Shown: positions 1 through 11,009 of the stretch, piece by piece
How the letters are laid out: every line of letters starts with the position of its first letter
Numbering within the stretch: the stretch's first letter is position 1
Assembly: GCA_016869285.1 (NCBI GenBank)
Contig: VGEN01000003.1
Span: 150-64,149 of the forward strand
Direction of reading: 5' to 3'
Source: Alphaproteobacteria bacterium
Lineage (GTDB): Bacteria; Pseudomonadota; Alphaproteobacteria; SHVZ01
DNA: 64,000 nucleotides
Position numbers and translations under genes: made by a program
Notes under the pieces: generated by a model
Seen by the model: only the letters and a program-made list of their open reading frames with translations
Databases searched by the model: none
Told to the model about the DNA's origin: nothing

Positions 1-1
1 C

Positions 2-403
2 CGCCAGGGCATCGAAGACATCAACAACGTCCAGGCCCTGATCCTGTTCAATATCAGCGAGGACGAGCTGACGGTCGGCGAGCTGACCAACCGCGGCTAC
101 TACCTCGGCTCGAACGTCTCCTACAATGTGCGGAAGATGGTGGAAAACGGCTACCTTGCGCAGGAGCGTTCTGCCCATGACCGCCGCTCCATCCGGATCC
201 GGCTGTCGCCGAAGGGGCTCGATCTCTGCAAGCGCATCGCCGTGATGTTCGACTCTCATGCAGGCGCGATCTCGCAGGGTACGCTCAAGGAAGACCAGCT
301 GAAGACTGCGAGCCAGACCTATCGCGAGCTCGAGCGGTTCTGGGCCGGCCTCCTCGACTACGGCGCCCGTATCCCGCGTATCGGCCAGTCCACGGCCGCC
401 TAA
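2..403 (+). CDS. MarR-family winged-helix transcriptional regulator (LdtR-like), 5' truncated by window edge
   Basis: The frame is open from base 2: DINNVQALILFNI..ELTVGEL..RGYYLGSNVSYNVRKMVENGYL..ERS.HDRRSIRIRL, a typical alphaproteobacterial LdtR/MarR signature. Confidence 0.85.
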   Translation, partial: RQGIEDINNVQALILFNISEDELTVGELTNRGYYLGSNVSYNVRKMVENGYLAQERSAHDRRSIRIRLSPKGLDLCKRIAVMFDSHAGAISQGTLKEDQLKTASQTYRELERFWAGLLDYGARIPRIGQSTAA

Positions 404-522
404 GCCTTCACTCTCAGTTGGCTGGCAGCTGCAACCCGGCAGCCAGCCCGATCCTTGATGCGGCAATGGGCTAAGCAGGCTGCTAGAGTGCCCGGCCTTT
501 CGCCCGCTTTTTAAGGATCCTC

Positions 523-1845
523 ATGCGTCGCTCACAGCTTTTCCTCCCGACCCTCAAGGAAACGCCGACCGAGGCGCAGATCGTCTCGCATCGGCTGATG
601 CTGCGCGCCGGTATGGTCCGCCAGACATCGGCCGGCATCTATGCCTGGCTGCCGATGGGCTTTCGCGTCCTGAAGAAAATCGAGCAGATCGTGCGCGAGG
701 AGCAGGACCGCTCCGGCGCGCAAGAGGTGCTGATGCCGACGCTGCAGCCGGCCGACCTCTGGCGGCAGAGCGGACGCTACGAGGACTACGGCAAGGAGAT
801 GCTGCGCATCAAGGACCGGCACGACCGCGACATGCTCTACGGGCCGACCAACGAGGAGATGATCACCGAGATCTTCAAGGCCTATGTGAAGAGCTATCGC
901 GAGCTGCCGAAGAACCTCTACCACATCCAGTGGAAGTTCCGGGACGAGGTCAGGCCTCGCTTCGGCGTGATGCGCGGGCGCGAGTTCCTGATGAAGGACG
1001 CGTATTCCTTCGACCTCGACTTCGCCGCCTCCAAGCACGCCTACAACAAGATGTTCGTGGCCTACCTCAAGACCTATGCCCGTATGGGGTTGAAGGCGAT
1101 CCCGATGCGCGCCGACACCGGACCGATCGGCGGCGACCTCAGCCACGAGTTCATCATCCTGGCCGAGACCGGCGAGAGCCAGGTCTTCTGCCACAAGGAC
1201 TATGTCGATTTCGATGTCGCGAGCCAGACGATCGATTTCGACGACGTGGCCGGCGTCGAGAAGATCGTCCAGCGCTGGACCAGCCTCTACGCGGCGACCG
1301 ATGAAAAGCACGACGCGGCGGAGTTCGAAAAGATACCGCCTGACCGGCGCGTGACGGCGCGCGGCATCGAGGTCGGCCACATCTTCCATTTCGGCACGAA
1401 GTACTCCGAGCCTCTTGGCGCCAGGGTCGCCGGCCCCGGCGGCGAGCCGGTGACGGTGCTGATGGGCTCCTACGGCATCGGCGTCTCGCGCCTCGTCGGC
1501 GGCATCATCGAGGCGAGCCATGACGAGGCGGGCATCATCTGGCCGGAGTCGGTCGCACCCTGGGGCGTCGGCATCGTCAATCTCAAGCTCGGCGATGCCG
1601 GGTGCGACAAGGTTTCCGGCGATCTCTACGCCAAGCTCGAGAAAGCCGGTCGCGAGCCGCTCTACGACGATCGCGACGAGCGCCCTGGCTCGAAATTCGC
1701 GGACATGGACCTGATCGGCCTTCCCTGGCAGATCGCGGTCGGGCCGCGTGGGCTCAAATCCGGCGTCGTCGAGCTCAAGTGCCGCAAGACCGGCGAGAAG
1801 CAGGAGCTGTCGCCCGAAGCGGCGCTCAACAAGCTCGCGGGCTGA
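523..1845 (+). CDS. proS: Proline--tRNA ligase (short form without INS editing domain)
   Basis: [15 protein letters not shown], class II motif 2 [36 protein letters not shown] and motif 3 [10 protein letters not shown]; 440 aa. Confidence 0.98.
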   Translation: MRRSQLFLPTLKETPTEAQIVSHRLMLRAGMVRQTSAGIYAWLPMGFRVLKKIEQIVREEQDRSGAQEVLMPTLQPADLWRQSGRYEDYGKEMLRIKDRHDRDMLYGPTNEEMITEIFKAYVKSYRELPKNLYHIQWKFRDEVRPRFGVMRGREFLMKDAYSFDLDFAASKHAYNKMFVAYLKTYARMGLKAIPMRADTGPIGGDLSHEFIILAETGESQVFCHKDYVDFDVASQTIDFDDVAGVEKIVQRWTSLYAATDEKHDAAEFEKIPPDRRVTARGIEVGHIFHFGTKYSEPLGARVAGPGGEPVTVLMGSYGIGVSRLVGGIIEASHDEAGIIWPESVAPWGVGIVNLKLGDAGCDKVSGDLYAKLEKAGREPLYDDRDERPGSKFADMDLIGLPWQIAVGPRGLKSGVVELKCRKTGEKQELSPEAALNKLAG

Positions 1846-3084
1846 TGGCCGCTTTCGGGACTTTCGAGCGGATGATGGCGACGCGCTACCTGCGCGCGCG
1901 CCGTCAGGAAGGCTTCATCTCGGTCATCGCGTGGTTCTCGCTGATCGGCATCGCGCTCGGCGTCGCCACGCTGATCATCGTGATGAGCGTGATGAACGGA
2001 TTCCGCCACGAGCTGATCACCCGCATCGTCGGCTTCAACGGCCACATCACGATCTACAGCAATGCGGGCCCGGTCCCGGACTACGACGACGTCACGCGTT
2101 CGGTGCGCGGGCTTGCCGGCGTGACCTCCGCGGCACCGATCATCGACGGCCAGGTGATGGCGACCGCCAACGGGATAGCCGCCGGCGCGCTTGTCCGCGG
2201 CGTCCGCTCCGCCGATCTGGTTTCGCGCCGGACTTTCGAGGGCAAGCTTCGCGGCGGCAAGCTCGACGGCTTCGACGACGATGAGGTGATCATCGGCTAT
2301 CGCCTCTCGCAGAAGCTCAGGGTCGGAGTCGGCGACAAGCTCACGCTGGTCGCGCCGAGCTTCCAGGCGACCGCACTCGGCAGCCTGCCGCGCACCCGCG
2401 CCTATACGGTCGGCGCCATCTTCGATGTCGGCATGGCCGAGATCGATGCCGCCTATGTCTTCATGCCGCTCGAGGCGGCGCAGGTGTTCTTCCGCTTGCC
2501 GGAAGCGGCCTCCGGCGTCGAGGTCATGCTCGAGGATCCGACGCGCATCGGCGAGTTCCGCGCCGTGGCGCAAGGCCGTCTCGGCCCGAACTACCGCCTC
2601 TTCGACTGGCAGCAGGCCAACGCCAGCATCATGAACGCGGTCAAGGTCGAGCGGAACGTCATGTTCCTGATCCTGACCCTGATCATCCTGGTCGCCGCCT
2701 TCAACATCATCTCGTCCTTGATCATGCTGGTGAAGGACAAGACGCGCGACATCGCGATCCTCCGCACCATGGGGGCGACACCCGGCGCAATCATGCGCGT
2801 TTTCTTCATGAGCGGCGCCGCGGTCGGGGTCCTGGGCACCCTCTTCGGATTCGGGCTCGGGCTTTCCTTCGCTCTCAACATCGAGACGATCCGGCGCTGG
2901 ATCGAGAAACTCTCGGGCGCGGAGCTGTTCTCCGCCGAGATCTATTTCCTCTCGCAGCTTCCCTCCCGCGTCGAGCCGCCGGAGGTCATCGCCGTCGTGC
3001 TGATGGCGATCGGGCTCTCGTTCCTCGCGACCCTCTATCCCTCGTGGCGGGCATCGCGGCTCGATCCGGTCGAGGCGCTTCGCT

Positions 3085-3092
<8 letters not shown>
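1845..3092 (+). CDS. lolE: Lipoprotein-releasing ABC transporter permease LolC/E
   Basis: The ATG overlaps the proS stop (TGATG). Motifs [49 protein letters not shown] and C-terminal DPVEALRYE. Confidence 0.95.
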
Positions 3093-3765
<673 letters not shown>

Positions 3766-3798
3766 ACCGACCCGGTCCCTCTCGGCCGCGGCCGAGGC

Positions 3799-4602
3799 TT
3801 AGATGTTGTGACCGATCCTGAAGTCGTTCCTGCCCGTGCGGTCCTGGCCGCGCAGGAGCCAGAGCGGCCGGCGGGCGAAGTCGACGGTGTAGCCGCTCTT
3901 GTCGGTGGTGGCGATCAGGTCGCGGTCGAAATGCGAGGTCGCAGGCATGTAGCGGATGGCGACTCCGGCGCGGCGCTGAGGCGAGCGGTTCGGTGCCGAG
4001 CCGTGGATCATGTAGACGTCGTGCAGCGACATCTGGCCGGGCTCGAGCTCGATGTCGACGGCCGTCGCCTCATCGAAGGTGCCGTCAACCGCCCGCTGGG
4101 TCAGGACCAGATCCTTGCGGTCCTCCGTCAGATGCGGGTGCAGAACCTTGCCGCGATGCGAGCCCGGGATCACGCGAAGGCAGCCATTTTCGCGTGTCGA
4201 CGGGTCGAGCGCGATCCAGGCGGTGCATGTGGCGATCGGACGGATCGGCCAGTACTGGCCGTCCTGATGCCACGGGACCTCCATACCGTCGCCGCCCGGC
4301 TTGCAGAAGATCTGGCAGCCCCAAAGGACGATGTCGGGGCCGATCGCATCCTCGACCAGGTCCAGGATCGCCTCGTCGCGCGCGAGGTCGAGGAAAGCGC
4401 GGCTGCCGCGCACCCCTTCCGAATTCCTCCCCTCGATATGCGCGCTGACCAGCCGCTCCGGGCGGATCGTCGGATTGTCGCGGATCAGCGTGTCCAGGAC
4501 CGCGCGCAGCGCATCGACACGGTCTCGCGCCAGGCGATAGCGGGGGACGACATAGCCGTCTTCGCGGTACTTCTCCCGTTCGCCGGCATCGAGGCGCGGC
4601 AT
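3799..4602 (-). CDS. Phytanoyl-CoA dioxygenase (PhyH) family Fe(II)/2-oxoglutarate dioxygenase
   Basis: WHQDGQYW (HxD), TAWIALD..NGCLRVIPGSH and HGSAPNRS..RRAG. Start reassigned to the ATG at 4602 (MPRLDAG). Confidence 0.9.
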   Translation of the reverse strand: MPRLDAGEREKYREDGYVVPRYRLARDRVDALRAVLDTLIRDNPTIRPERLVSAHIEGRNSEGVRGSRAFLDLARDEAILDLVEDAIGPDIVLWGCQIFCKPGGDGMEVPWHQDGQYWPIRPIATCTAWIALDPSTRENGCLRVIPGSHRGKVLHPHLTEDRKDLVLTQRAVDGTFDEATAVDIELEPGQMSLHDVYMIHGSAPNRSPQRRAGVAIRYMPATSHFDRDLIATTDKSGYTVDFARRPLWLLRGQDRTGRNDFRIGHNI

Positions 4603-4606
4603 GCGA

Positions 4607-6007
4607 TCAGAGATCCGGGCGCCGGTCGCGCCAGCCGGCCGCCTGCTCATAGGCATGGCCGGCGCGGAGCACGAGCACGTCGTCATGCGGCTTGGCGGCG
4701 ATCTGGATCGACAGCGGCAGTCCCTCGGACGAGAAGCCGGCGCAGACACTGGCCGATGGCGCTCCGGTGACGTTGAATGGCGTCATCACCAACCGGCCGC
4801 GGCCGAGGACGGAGGGCAGCTCGTAGAGCTCGTCCAGCGTCGGCGCCGGCGCGAGCGAGCAGCCGGTCACCACGACATCGACCTTGGCCAGAGTCTCGTC
4901 GTAGACGCGGCAGAGCTGGGTGCGATAGCGAAGCGCCTGGATGTAGTCCGAGGCCGACAGCATCGCGCCCGAGAGCAGGCGCTCGCGTGTCACGCGCGCG
5001 AAGATGTGCGGGCGCGTGCGCAGATCCTTCTCATGGATGGCATAAGCCTCCGCCTGCAGGATCACGCGGCAGCACGCATCCCAGTCGGCAAGCGGCGGAA
5101 GCTCTATATCGACAAGCCTGGCGCCGAGCTTCTTGAAGACCTGAAGCGCATCCTCGATCGCTTTCCGCGCCTCCTTCGTCGCTTCGACATCCTTCTCGAA
5201 GAAGCGGCGGATCACGCCGATTTTCATGCCGCGGATGCCGCCCTGGAGCGCGCGTGCGTAGTTGGCGGGCTTCATCGGCGCCGAGGAGGCGGGGTCGGCG
5301 GCGTCGGGACCGGCGACCGCATCGAGCAGCATCGCGCCGTCCTCGAGTGTCCAGGTCATCGGCCCGCAGTGATCGAGCGAGAAGGAGAGAGGATAGACGC
5401 CGGCGCGGCTGACCAGGCCGTAGGTCGGCTTGAAGCCGGCGATGCCGCAGAAGGCCGAAGGCCCGCGGATCGACCCCGAGGTATCCGAGCCCATGGTCGC
5501 GGTGACGAGCCCGGCGGCCATAGCGGAGCCGGAGCCGGAGGAAGAACCGCCGGTGAAATGGCTCGCCTTCCACGGATTGACCGCGGGCGGGAAGGGCAGG
5601 TCCTTGGCCGGGCCGCCGGTCGCGAATTCATGCGTGGCAAGCTTGCCGACCAGGATCATGCCGGCTTCGCCGAGCTTCGCCGCGACCGTCGAATCCGCCT
5701 TCGGCACGTTGTGCAACAGCACTTTCGAGTGCGCCGTCGTGCGAACGCCCTTGGTCGAATAGATGTCTTTCAGGCCCAGCGGAATGCCGTGCAGCGGCCC
5801 GATGCGCCGACCCGCCTTGATCTGGCCATGCGCTTTCCTGGCCGCCTTGCGGGCGTCGTCGGCGAGCACGAGCACGAAGGCGTTGAGCTTCTTGTTCAGC
5901 TTGGCGATGCGCTCGAGCGAGGCGTCGACGAGCTCTATCGGCGAGAGCCTGCCCTTTGCGATACGCCGCGAGGCTTCCGCCACCGTCAGATAGTGCAGGT
6001 CGGTCAT
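4607..6007 (-). CDS. Amidase-signature enzyme (GatA/AtzE-like)
   Basis: GPLHGIPLGLKD, GGSSSGSG and GSDTSGSIRGPS give the Ser-cisSer-Lys triad. No gatB/gatC neighbours, so it is probably catabolic. Confidence 0.92.
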   Translation of the reverse strand: MTDLHYLTVAEASRRIAKGRLSPIELVDASLERIAKLNKKLNAFVLVLADDARKAARKAHGQIKAGRRIGPLHGIPLGLKDIYSTKGVRTTAHSKVLLHNVPKADSTVAAKLGEAGMILVGKLATHEFATGGPAKDLPFPPAVNPWKASHFTGGSSSGSGSAMAAGLVTATMGSDTSGSIRGPSAFCGIAGFKPTYGLVSRAGVYPLSFSLDHCGPMTWTLEDGAMLLDAVAGPDAADPASSAPMKPANYARALQGGIRGMKIGVIRRFFEKDVEATKEARKAIEDALQVFKKLGARLVDIELPPLADWDACCRVILQAEAYAIHEKDLRTRPHIFARVTRERLLSGAMLSASDYIQALRYRTQLCRVYDETLAKVDVVVTGCSLAPAPTLDELYELPSVLGRGRLVMTPFNVTGAPSASVCAGFSSEGLPLSIQIAAKPHDDVLVLRAGHAYEQAAGWRDRRPDL

Positions 6008-6010
6008 GCG

Positions 6011-7480
6011 CTAGTTCCCCCGGCTGGGGTGGAAGAGGTGCGAGGGTTCGTCCGCGTAGGAAAAGTCGCGCGGCACGCGCTGAGTTGCGGCCTTGTTCGC
6101 GCGGTCGGCTTCCTCGGTCGAGGCCATGAGGGCGTCATCGAGGGTAAGGCCGGCACGCCGGACCATGGCGGCGATCGGCGCCGGCTTCGGCAGCAGAGGG
6201 GGCGGCAGGCGCCCGAGCAACGCGAAGGCCCAGTCGGCAAGGGCCAGCAGCGCGCGATCGCTGCCGCGTCGGCTGACGAGCTGGACGGCGAGCGGCAGGC
6301 GGTTGGGACCGAGCCGCACCGGCAGGCTGACACAGGGTGTATCGACGAAGGTCCAGAGCCGGTTGAACTCGGGATCGCCGGTGAAGGAGAGACCGAACGG
6401 GGCCTCACCGGGCGCGGCCGGCGTCAGGATCGCATCATAGTCCTTGAGAAAGGCGTCGACCGTGGCGATGGCGGTTTCGCGTGTCGCTTCAGCCTCGGCG
6501 ATCAGCGCGGACGAACAGGCAAGCCCCGCAAGGATGCGGTCGCGGAAGCTGACCGACATCAGGTCGCGATGCTCCTGCCACTCCTTCTCGAAGGCGCGGG
6601 CGGCGCCGAGGGCCATCAGGATTTCCTGCGCGGCAAAAGCACGGTCGCAGGAGCTCGGCAGCTCGATGCGGTCAATCGTCGCATGCGGCGCGAGCTTGGT
6701 TGCGGATTCGTCGAGCGCTTCTGCGGCAGCGGCATCGAGCGGCACCCGCGCTGCCGTCCGCATCACGGCGATGCGCGGCTTCCGCGAGACCGTCGGCCGT
6801 ACGTCCTTCACGCCGGCGAGAACGGAGTGGAACAGCAGCAGGTCGTCGGGCGAGCGCGCATAGCCGCCGAGCGTGTCGAGATCGGCGGCCAGCGACTGGA
6901 TGCCGCAAAGCGAGAGCGCGCCGCGCGTCGCCTTGAAGCCGACGCAGCCGCAATAGGCGGCTGGCCGTATCACCGATCCCGCCGTCTGCGTCGCGAAGGC
7001 GAGCGGGAGGATGCCGGCCGCGACCGCTGAGGCAGAACCGGAGGACGAGCCGCCCGGCGTGTGGCGGAGGTTGTAGGGATTGCCGGTCGGGCCAGGGTGA
7101 CGGCCGGCGAACTCGGTCGTGACCGTCTTGCCGAAGGCGATGCCGGAGGCCTTGCGCACCGCCTCGACGCAGTCGGCATCCGTCGACGGCCGGTGCCCGC
7201 GGCGGATCGGCGAGTTGCACTCGGTCGGCATATCGGCTGTGTCGATGATGTCCTTGACGCCGACCGGCACCCCGGCGAGCGCGCCCTTCTTCCTCGCCTT
7301 GTCGACCGCACGCGCCTGGGCGCGCGCAAGCTCGGGCTCGAGATAGGCAAAGGCGCGCAAGCTCGGCTCGATCGCCTGCACGCGCTCGAGATAGGCCTCG
7401 TTCAGCGCTTCGGCGGAGAGGCGGCCGGAGCGGACGGCCTCTGCTGCCGCTCGCGCGGAGAGATCGGCGGGGCCGGTCAT
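6011..7480 (-). CDS. Amidase-signature enzyme (malonamidase E2-like) with C-terminal extension
   Basis: GVPVGVKDIID, TPGGSSSGSA and TQTAGSVIRPA; an extra tail of about 55 aa follows a Pro-rich linker. Confidence 0.92.
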   Translation of the reverse strand: MTGPADLSARAAAEAVRSGRLSAEALNEAYLERVQAIEPSLRAFAYLEPELARAQARAVDKARKKGALAGVPVGVKDIIDTADMPTECNSPIRRGHRPSTDADCVEAVRKASGIAFGKTVTTEFAGRHPGPTGNPYNLRHTPGGSSSGSASAVAAGILPLAFATQTAGSVIRPAAYCGCVGFKATRGALSLCGIQSLAADLDTLGGYARSPDDLLLFHSVLAGVKDVRPTVSRKPRIAVMRTAARVPLDAAAAEALDESATKLAPHATIDRIELPSSCDRAFAAQEILMALGAARAFEKEWQEHRDLMSVSFRDRILAGLACSSALIAEAEATRETAIATVDAFLKDYDAILTPAAPGEAPFGLSFTGDPEFNRLWTFVDTPCVSLPVRLGPNRLPLAVQLVSRRGSDRALLALADWAFALLGRLPPPLLPKPAPIAAMVRRAGLTLDDALMASTEEADRANKAATQRVPRDFSYADEPSHLFHPSRGN

Positions 7481-8952
7481 CGCGGGCGCCGCCGGCTCGG
7501 CGCGAAGATGTGCGCCGGTTCGACCTCGTAGGCGAGATCGCGCGGCATCCTGCCCGCCATTTCTTGCAGCACCTTGTCGCCCTCGGCCCAGGCCTGACTT
7601 AGGGCTTCATCGAGCGCGAGCCCGGCGCGGCGTTCGAGGGCAGCCATCGGCCTCGCCTCGGGCAGCTTCGGCGGCGCGATGCCGCCGAGGATCGTGTAGG
7701 CCCATTCCGAGAGCGCCAGCAGGAAGCGGTCATTGCCGCGCGCACCGACGAGCTGGAGCCCGACCGGAAGCCGGTTCGGGCCGAGGCCGACCGGAAGGCT
7801 GACCGAGGGCGTGCCGAGGAAGGTCCAGAGCCGATTGAAGTCCGGATTGCCGGTCCAGTGGTAGCCCCTCGGCGCCTCGCCGGCGGCAGCAGGGGTGAGG
7901 ATCGCGTCATAGCCTTCGAAGAAGCGGTCGATCGCAGCGATGCAGGCGGTGCGGGTTTCCTCGGCTTCGGCGATGCGCGCCCGGGAGTGGCCGCGACCTG
8001 ACTCGATCGCCTGCAGCAGCGTCACGCTTAAGAGATCGTGATGCCGCTTCTCCAGCTCGTCAAAGGCCTGGGCAATGCCGGAGGAGATCAGCACGTTCTG
8101 CGCGTCGAACCCGCTGTCCAAGGCCGGCAGCTCAATCTGATCGATCTTCTCGGCATGCGCCGCGAGGCGATGCGTCGCCGCTTCGAGCAGATCGGCGCTG
8201 GCCGGCTCGATCTTCGCGCGCATCGCCGTCCGGACCACGGCAAGCCGCGGCTTCCGCGGCAGCTTCGGCTGCGTGTCCTTGACCCCGGCCAGCACGGCGT
8301 GGAACAGGAGCGCGTCATCGGCGCTGCGCGCATAGAACCCGAGCGTGTCGAGGCTGGAAGCGAGCGGGTGAACGCCCTTGAGCGACAGCGACTCGCGCGT
8401 CGCCTTGTAGCCGAAGCAACCGCAATAGGAGGCCGGGCGGATCACCGATCCCCCGGTCTGCGTGCCGAAGGCGAAGGGGACGAGACCGGCGGCGACCGCG
8501 GCGGCTGACCCTGAGGAAGACCCGCCCGGCGTATGCGCGAAGCTGTAGGGATTCGCCGTCGGTCCCGGAAAGCTGCCGGCGAACTCCGTGGTCACGCATT
8601 TGCCGAGAATGACGCCCATGGCGGCGCGCACCGCGGCGACGCAGTCGGCGTCTTCAGCCGGCCGGTTGCCAGCGAAGATCGCCGAGTTGCACTCGGTCGG
8701 CATGTCCTTGGTGTCGATGATGTCCTTGACGCCGACCGGGATGCCGGCGAGCGCGCCCTTCTTCCTCGCCTTGTCGACGGCCCGCGCCTGCGCGCGTGCC
8801 GACGCCGGGTCGAGATAGGCGAAGGAGCGGAGCCGGGGCTCGATCGCCTCGACCCGCTCCAGATAGGCCTCGACCAGCGCTTCCGCCTTGAGCATTCCCG
8901 CGGCGACCGCTCGCGCCGCCTCGCGGGCGGAGAGATCGGCGGGACCGGCCAT
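7477..8952 (-). CDS. Amidase-signature enzyme (malonamidase E2-like) with C-terminal extension; paralogue of 6011..7480
   Basis: True start MAGPADLSA at 8952 (the upstream part of the 940-aa track ORF is a shadow of the amidohydrolase). Motifs GIPVGVKD, GGSSSGSA and GTQTGGSVIRPA. Confidence 0.92.
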   Translation of the reverse strand: MAGPADLSAREAARAVAAGMLKAEALVEAYLERVEAIEPRLRSFAYLDPASARAQARAVDKARKKGALAGIPVGVKDIIDTKDMPTECNSAIFAGNRPAEDADCVAAVRAAMGVILGKCVTTEFAGSFPGPTANPYSFAHTPGGSSSGSAAAVAAGLVPFAFGTQTGGSVIRPASYCGCFGYKATRESLSLKGVHPLASSLDTLGFYARSADDALLFHAVLAGVKDTQPKLPRKPRLAVVRTAMRAKIEPASADLLEAATHRLAAHAEKIDQIELPALDSGFDAQNVLISSGIAQAFDELEKRHHDLLSVTLLQAIESGRGHSRARIAEAEETRTACIAAIDRFFEGYDAILTPAAAGEAPRGYHWTGNPDFNRLWTFLGTPSVSLPVGLGPNRLPVGLQLVGARGNDRFLLALSEWAYTILGGIAPPKLPEARPMAALERRAGLALDEALSQAWAEGDKVLQEMAGRMPRDLAYEVEPAHIFAPSRRRPR

Positions 8953-8954
8953 CG

Positions 8955-10115
8955 TTACCGGGTCCGCCCCGGCTTGGCGATGCCGTCGAACCACCACTTG
9001 CCGCCGACCACCATCCCGGCATTCACCAGGCGGTGCTTGCCGACCAGCGTCTCGCCGAGCACGTCGGCGTACTCGAACTTGCCCTTGCGGTGGTCGAGCA
9101 CGACGGCGTCGCCGGCAGCGCCGACCTTGAGCGTGCCGAGATCGGCCCGCCGGATCGCCTTCGCCGGATTGACCGTGGCGGCGCGGATCACCTCGTTGAG
9201 CGGCATGCCGAGGCAGAGGAATTTCGAGAGCGTGATCATGTTGTCGAGCATGGTGTGCTCGATCGACAGGCAGTGAATGTCGGAGGAGATGCAGTCCGGA
9301 TAGAAGCCGTTGTCGATCATCTCCCGCCCGGTCTTGAAGCCGAAGGAACCGGCGCCATGGCCGACATCGAAGAAGATGCCGCGAGCGCGCGCCTCGTTGA
9401 TCTCCGAGCGCACGCGGCCGGCGCCGTCGATCGGGGCGTTCGGGAAGGGGCGGAAGCAATGCGTCAGCACATCGCCCGGACGCATGCGGTCGAGCACCTC
9501 GCGCCGCGACGGCGGCGGATGGTCGAGGTGGCACATGACGGGAAGCCCGAGGTCGTCGGCGACCTCGACCGCCATGTCGAGCGGCATGTGGCCGGAGGTG
9601 CCGCCGGCTCCGCGTCCGACGCGCACCTTGATGCCGACGATGGTGTCGCGGTTCTCGGCCGCGACGCGCCGGCACTCGTTGACGTCGAGAAGCCTGATGT
9701 CCTGGCACTCGCCGACCATGGTCGTCTTCGAGAAGTAGGGGATGCCGGCGAAGGAGATATTGAGATAGGCGAGGATGCGGACCGGGCATGGCTCGATCAC
9801 ATGCTTGAGGAAGCCCGGATAGTTGCCGGGGCCGGCGGAGCCGGCATCGATCAGCGTCGTCGAACCGCCGTCCTTCGCCGTCTGCACCGGATCGACGCCG
9901 AGCGAGGTGCCGAGGTGGTAGATGTGGGTGTGCAGATCGAGGATGCCCGGCACCACGATCTTGCCCGAGACGTCGCGCGTCTCGCCTTTCGCCGACGCCT
10001 TCAGGTCCTTGCCGACGGCTGCGACTTTTCCCTTGCTGAACGCGACATCCGCGGTCGTGTCGAGCTCCTGGCTCGGGTCGATGACCCGGCCACCCTTCAG
10101 CACCAAGTCGTACAT
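8955..10115 (-). CDS. Metal-dependent amidohydrolase/deacetylase (dihydroorotase-like, Atu3266/EF0837 type)
   Basis: MYDLVLKGGRVIDP, PGILDLHTH (HxH), IVGIKVR, DVLTHCF, DVGHGAGSF and ISSDIH. Confidence 0.9.
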   Translation of the reverse strand: MYDLVLKGGRVIDPSQELDTTADVAFSKGKVAAVGKDLKASAKGETRDVSGKIVVPGILDLHTHIYHLGTSLGVDPVQTAKDGGSTTLIDAGSAGPGNYPGFLKHVIEPCPVRILAYLNISFAGIPYFSKTTMVGECQDIRLLDVNECRRVAAENRDTIVGIKVRVGRGAGGTSGHMPLDMAVEVADDLGLPVMCHLDHPPPSRREVLDRMRPGDVLTHCFRPFPNAPIDGAGRVRSEINEARARGIFFDVGHGAGSFGFKTGREMIDNGFYPDCISSDIHCLSIEHTMLDNMITLSKFLCLGMPLNEVIRAATVNPAKAIRRADLGTLKVGAAGDAVVLDHRKGKFEYADVLGETLVGKHRLVNAGMVVGGKWWFDGIAKPGRTR

Positions 10116-10220
10116 GCAGATCCTTCCCCTCTGTGGGTGCGCTGACTATCGGAAAAATGTTTCGTCTCGGCAAGTTTGCTGGAATCGTGACGGCCGCCGC
10201 AAGGAAAAGGAGGACAAGCG

Positions 10221-10994
10221 ATGGAAATCGAGTGGTCGCGCCTGAAGGCGCATGAGCTGCAGGCGCTGGCCAAGAAGGACGGCATCGTCCTGGTGCCAAT
10301 CGGGGCGACCGAGCAGCACGGCCCGCACTTGCCGGTCATGGTCGACTATCGGCTCGCGACCGAGGTCTGCCGCCGCGCCGCACGGCTGGTCGCCAAGACC
10401 GATCCGATCGCGGTGACGCCGACGCTGCCCTTCGGCATGTCCGAGCATCACATGCCGCTCGGTGGCACGATCACGCTCGACTTCCCGACGATGCTGGCAA
10501 CCTTCCGCTGCGTCGTCCGCTCGCTGGTCCAGCACGGCTTCCGCCGCATCTTCATCCTGAACGGCCATGGCGGGAATACAGCGCCGCTCGACGTGATCGT
10601 CACCGAGCTCACCATCGAGTTCAAGATTCCGCTGGCTTACGCGACGTACTGGGGCATCGGCGCCAAGCGCATCGAGGCGCTGCTCGACCGCCAGAAGGCG
10701 CTGCTGCATGCCTGCGAGGCCGAGACCTCGATGATCATGGCGCTGACGCCCGAGCTGGTGGACAAGGACACGCTCTCGCAGATGCACGGGCCGTACATCC
10801 CTGGCAACTCGTCGATCGCCGGCGTCAATCCGGCCGCCTATCGCTGGCGTTACATCCCGACGCGCTCGCCCAACGGCGTCATCGGCGACGCTGCCACCGC
10901 CTCGGCCGAGAAGGGCGAGAAGCTGCTCGAGGCAATCGCCGAGGAGCTGGCGATCACCCTCAGGAACAAGGAGTTCTGGAACGCGCCGATCTGA
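10221..10994 (+). CDS. Creatininase / creatinine amidohydrolase family protein
   Basis: PIGATEQHGPHLP..D, SEHH, NGHGGN, HACEAETS and NGVIGD...ASAEKG; good RBS (GAGGA). Confidence 0.92.
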   Translation: MEIEWSRLKAHELQALAKKDGIVLVPIGATEQHGPHLPVMVDYRLATEVCRRAARLVAKTDPIAVTPTLPFGMSEHHMPLGGTITLDFPTMLATFRCVVRSLVQHGFRRIFILNGHGGNTAPLDVIVTELTIEFKIPLAYATYWGIGAKRIEALLDRQKALLHACEAETSMIMALTPELVDKDTLSQMHGPYIPGNSSIAGVNPAAYRWRYIPTRSPNGVIGDAATASAEKGEKLLEAIAEELAITLRNKEFWNAPI

Positions 10995-11009
10995 GGGAGT
11001 TGAGACATT

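Noticed and set aside
523-1845. ProRS lacking the editing domain
   Set aside because: The short form is common in alphaproteobacteria and is not novel.
3781-3796. Perfect 16-bp palindrome CTCGGCCGCGGCCGAG between lolD and the PhyH gene
   Set aside because: It is almost all GC with no loop or U-tract. It may aid termination but cannot be supported as a distinct feature.
4607-6007. Calling this gene gatA
   Set aside because: There is no gatB or gatC nearby, and the context is catabolic.
4601-7030. 809-aa plus-strand ORF, and similar long antisense ORFs (51972..54515, 60464..63217, 30074..31969)
   Set aside because: These are antisense shadows of well-supported genes, expected at high GC3, and have no family motifs.
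8953-10299. Apparent 940-aa amidase with a long N-terminal domain
   Set aside because: The extension is an Arg/Pro-rich alternative frame over the amidohydrolase gene. The real start at 8952 matches the paralogue's N-terminus.
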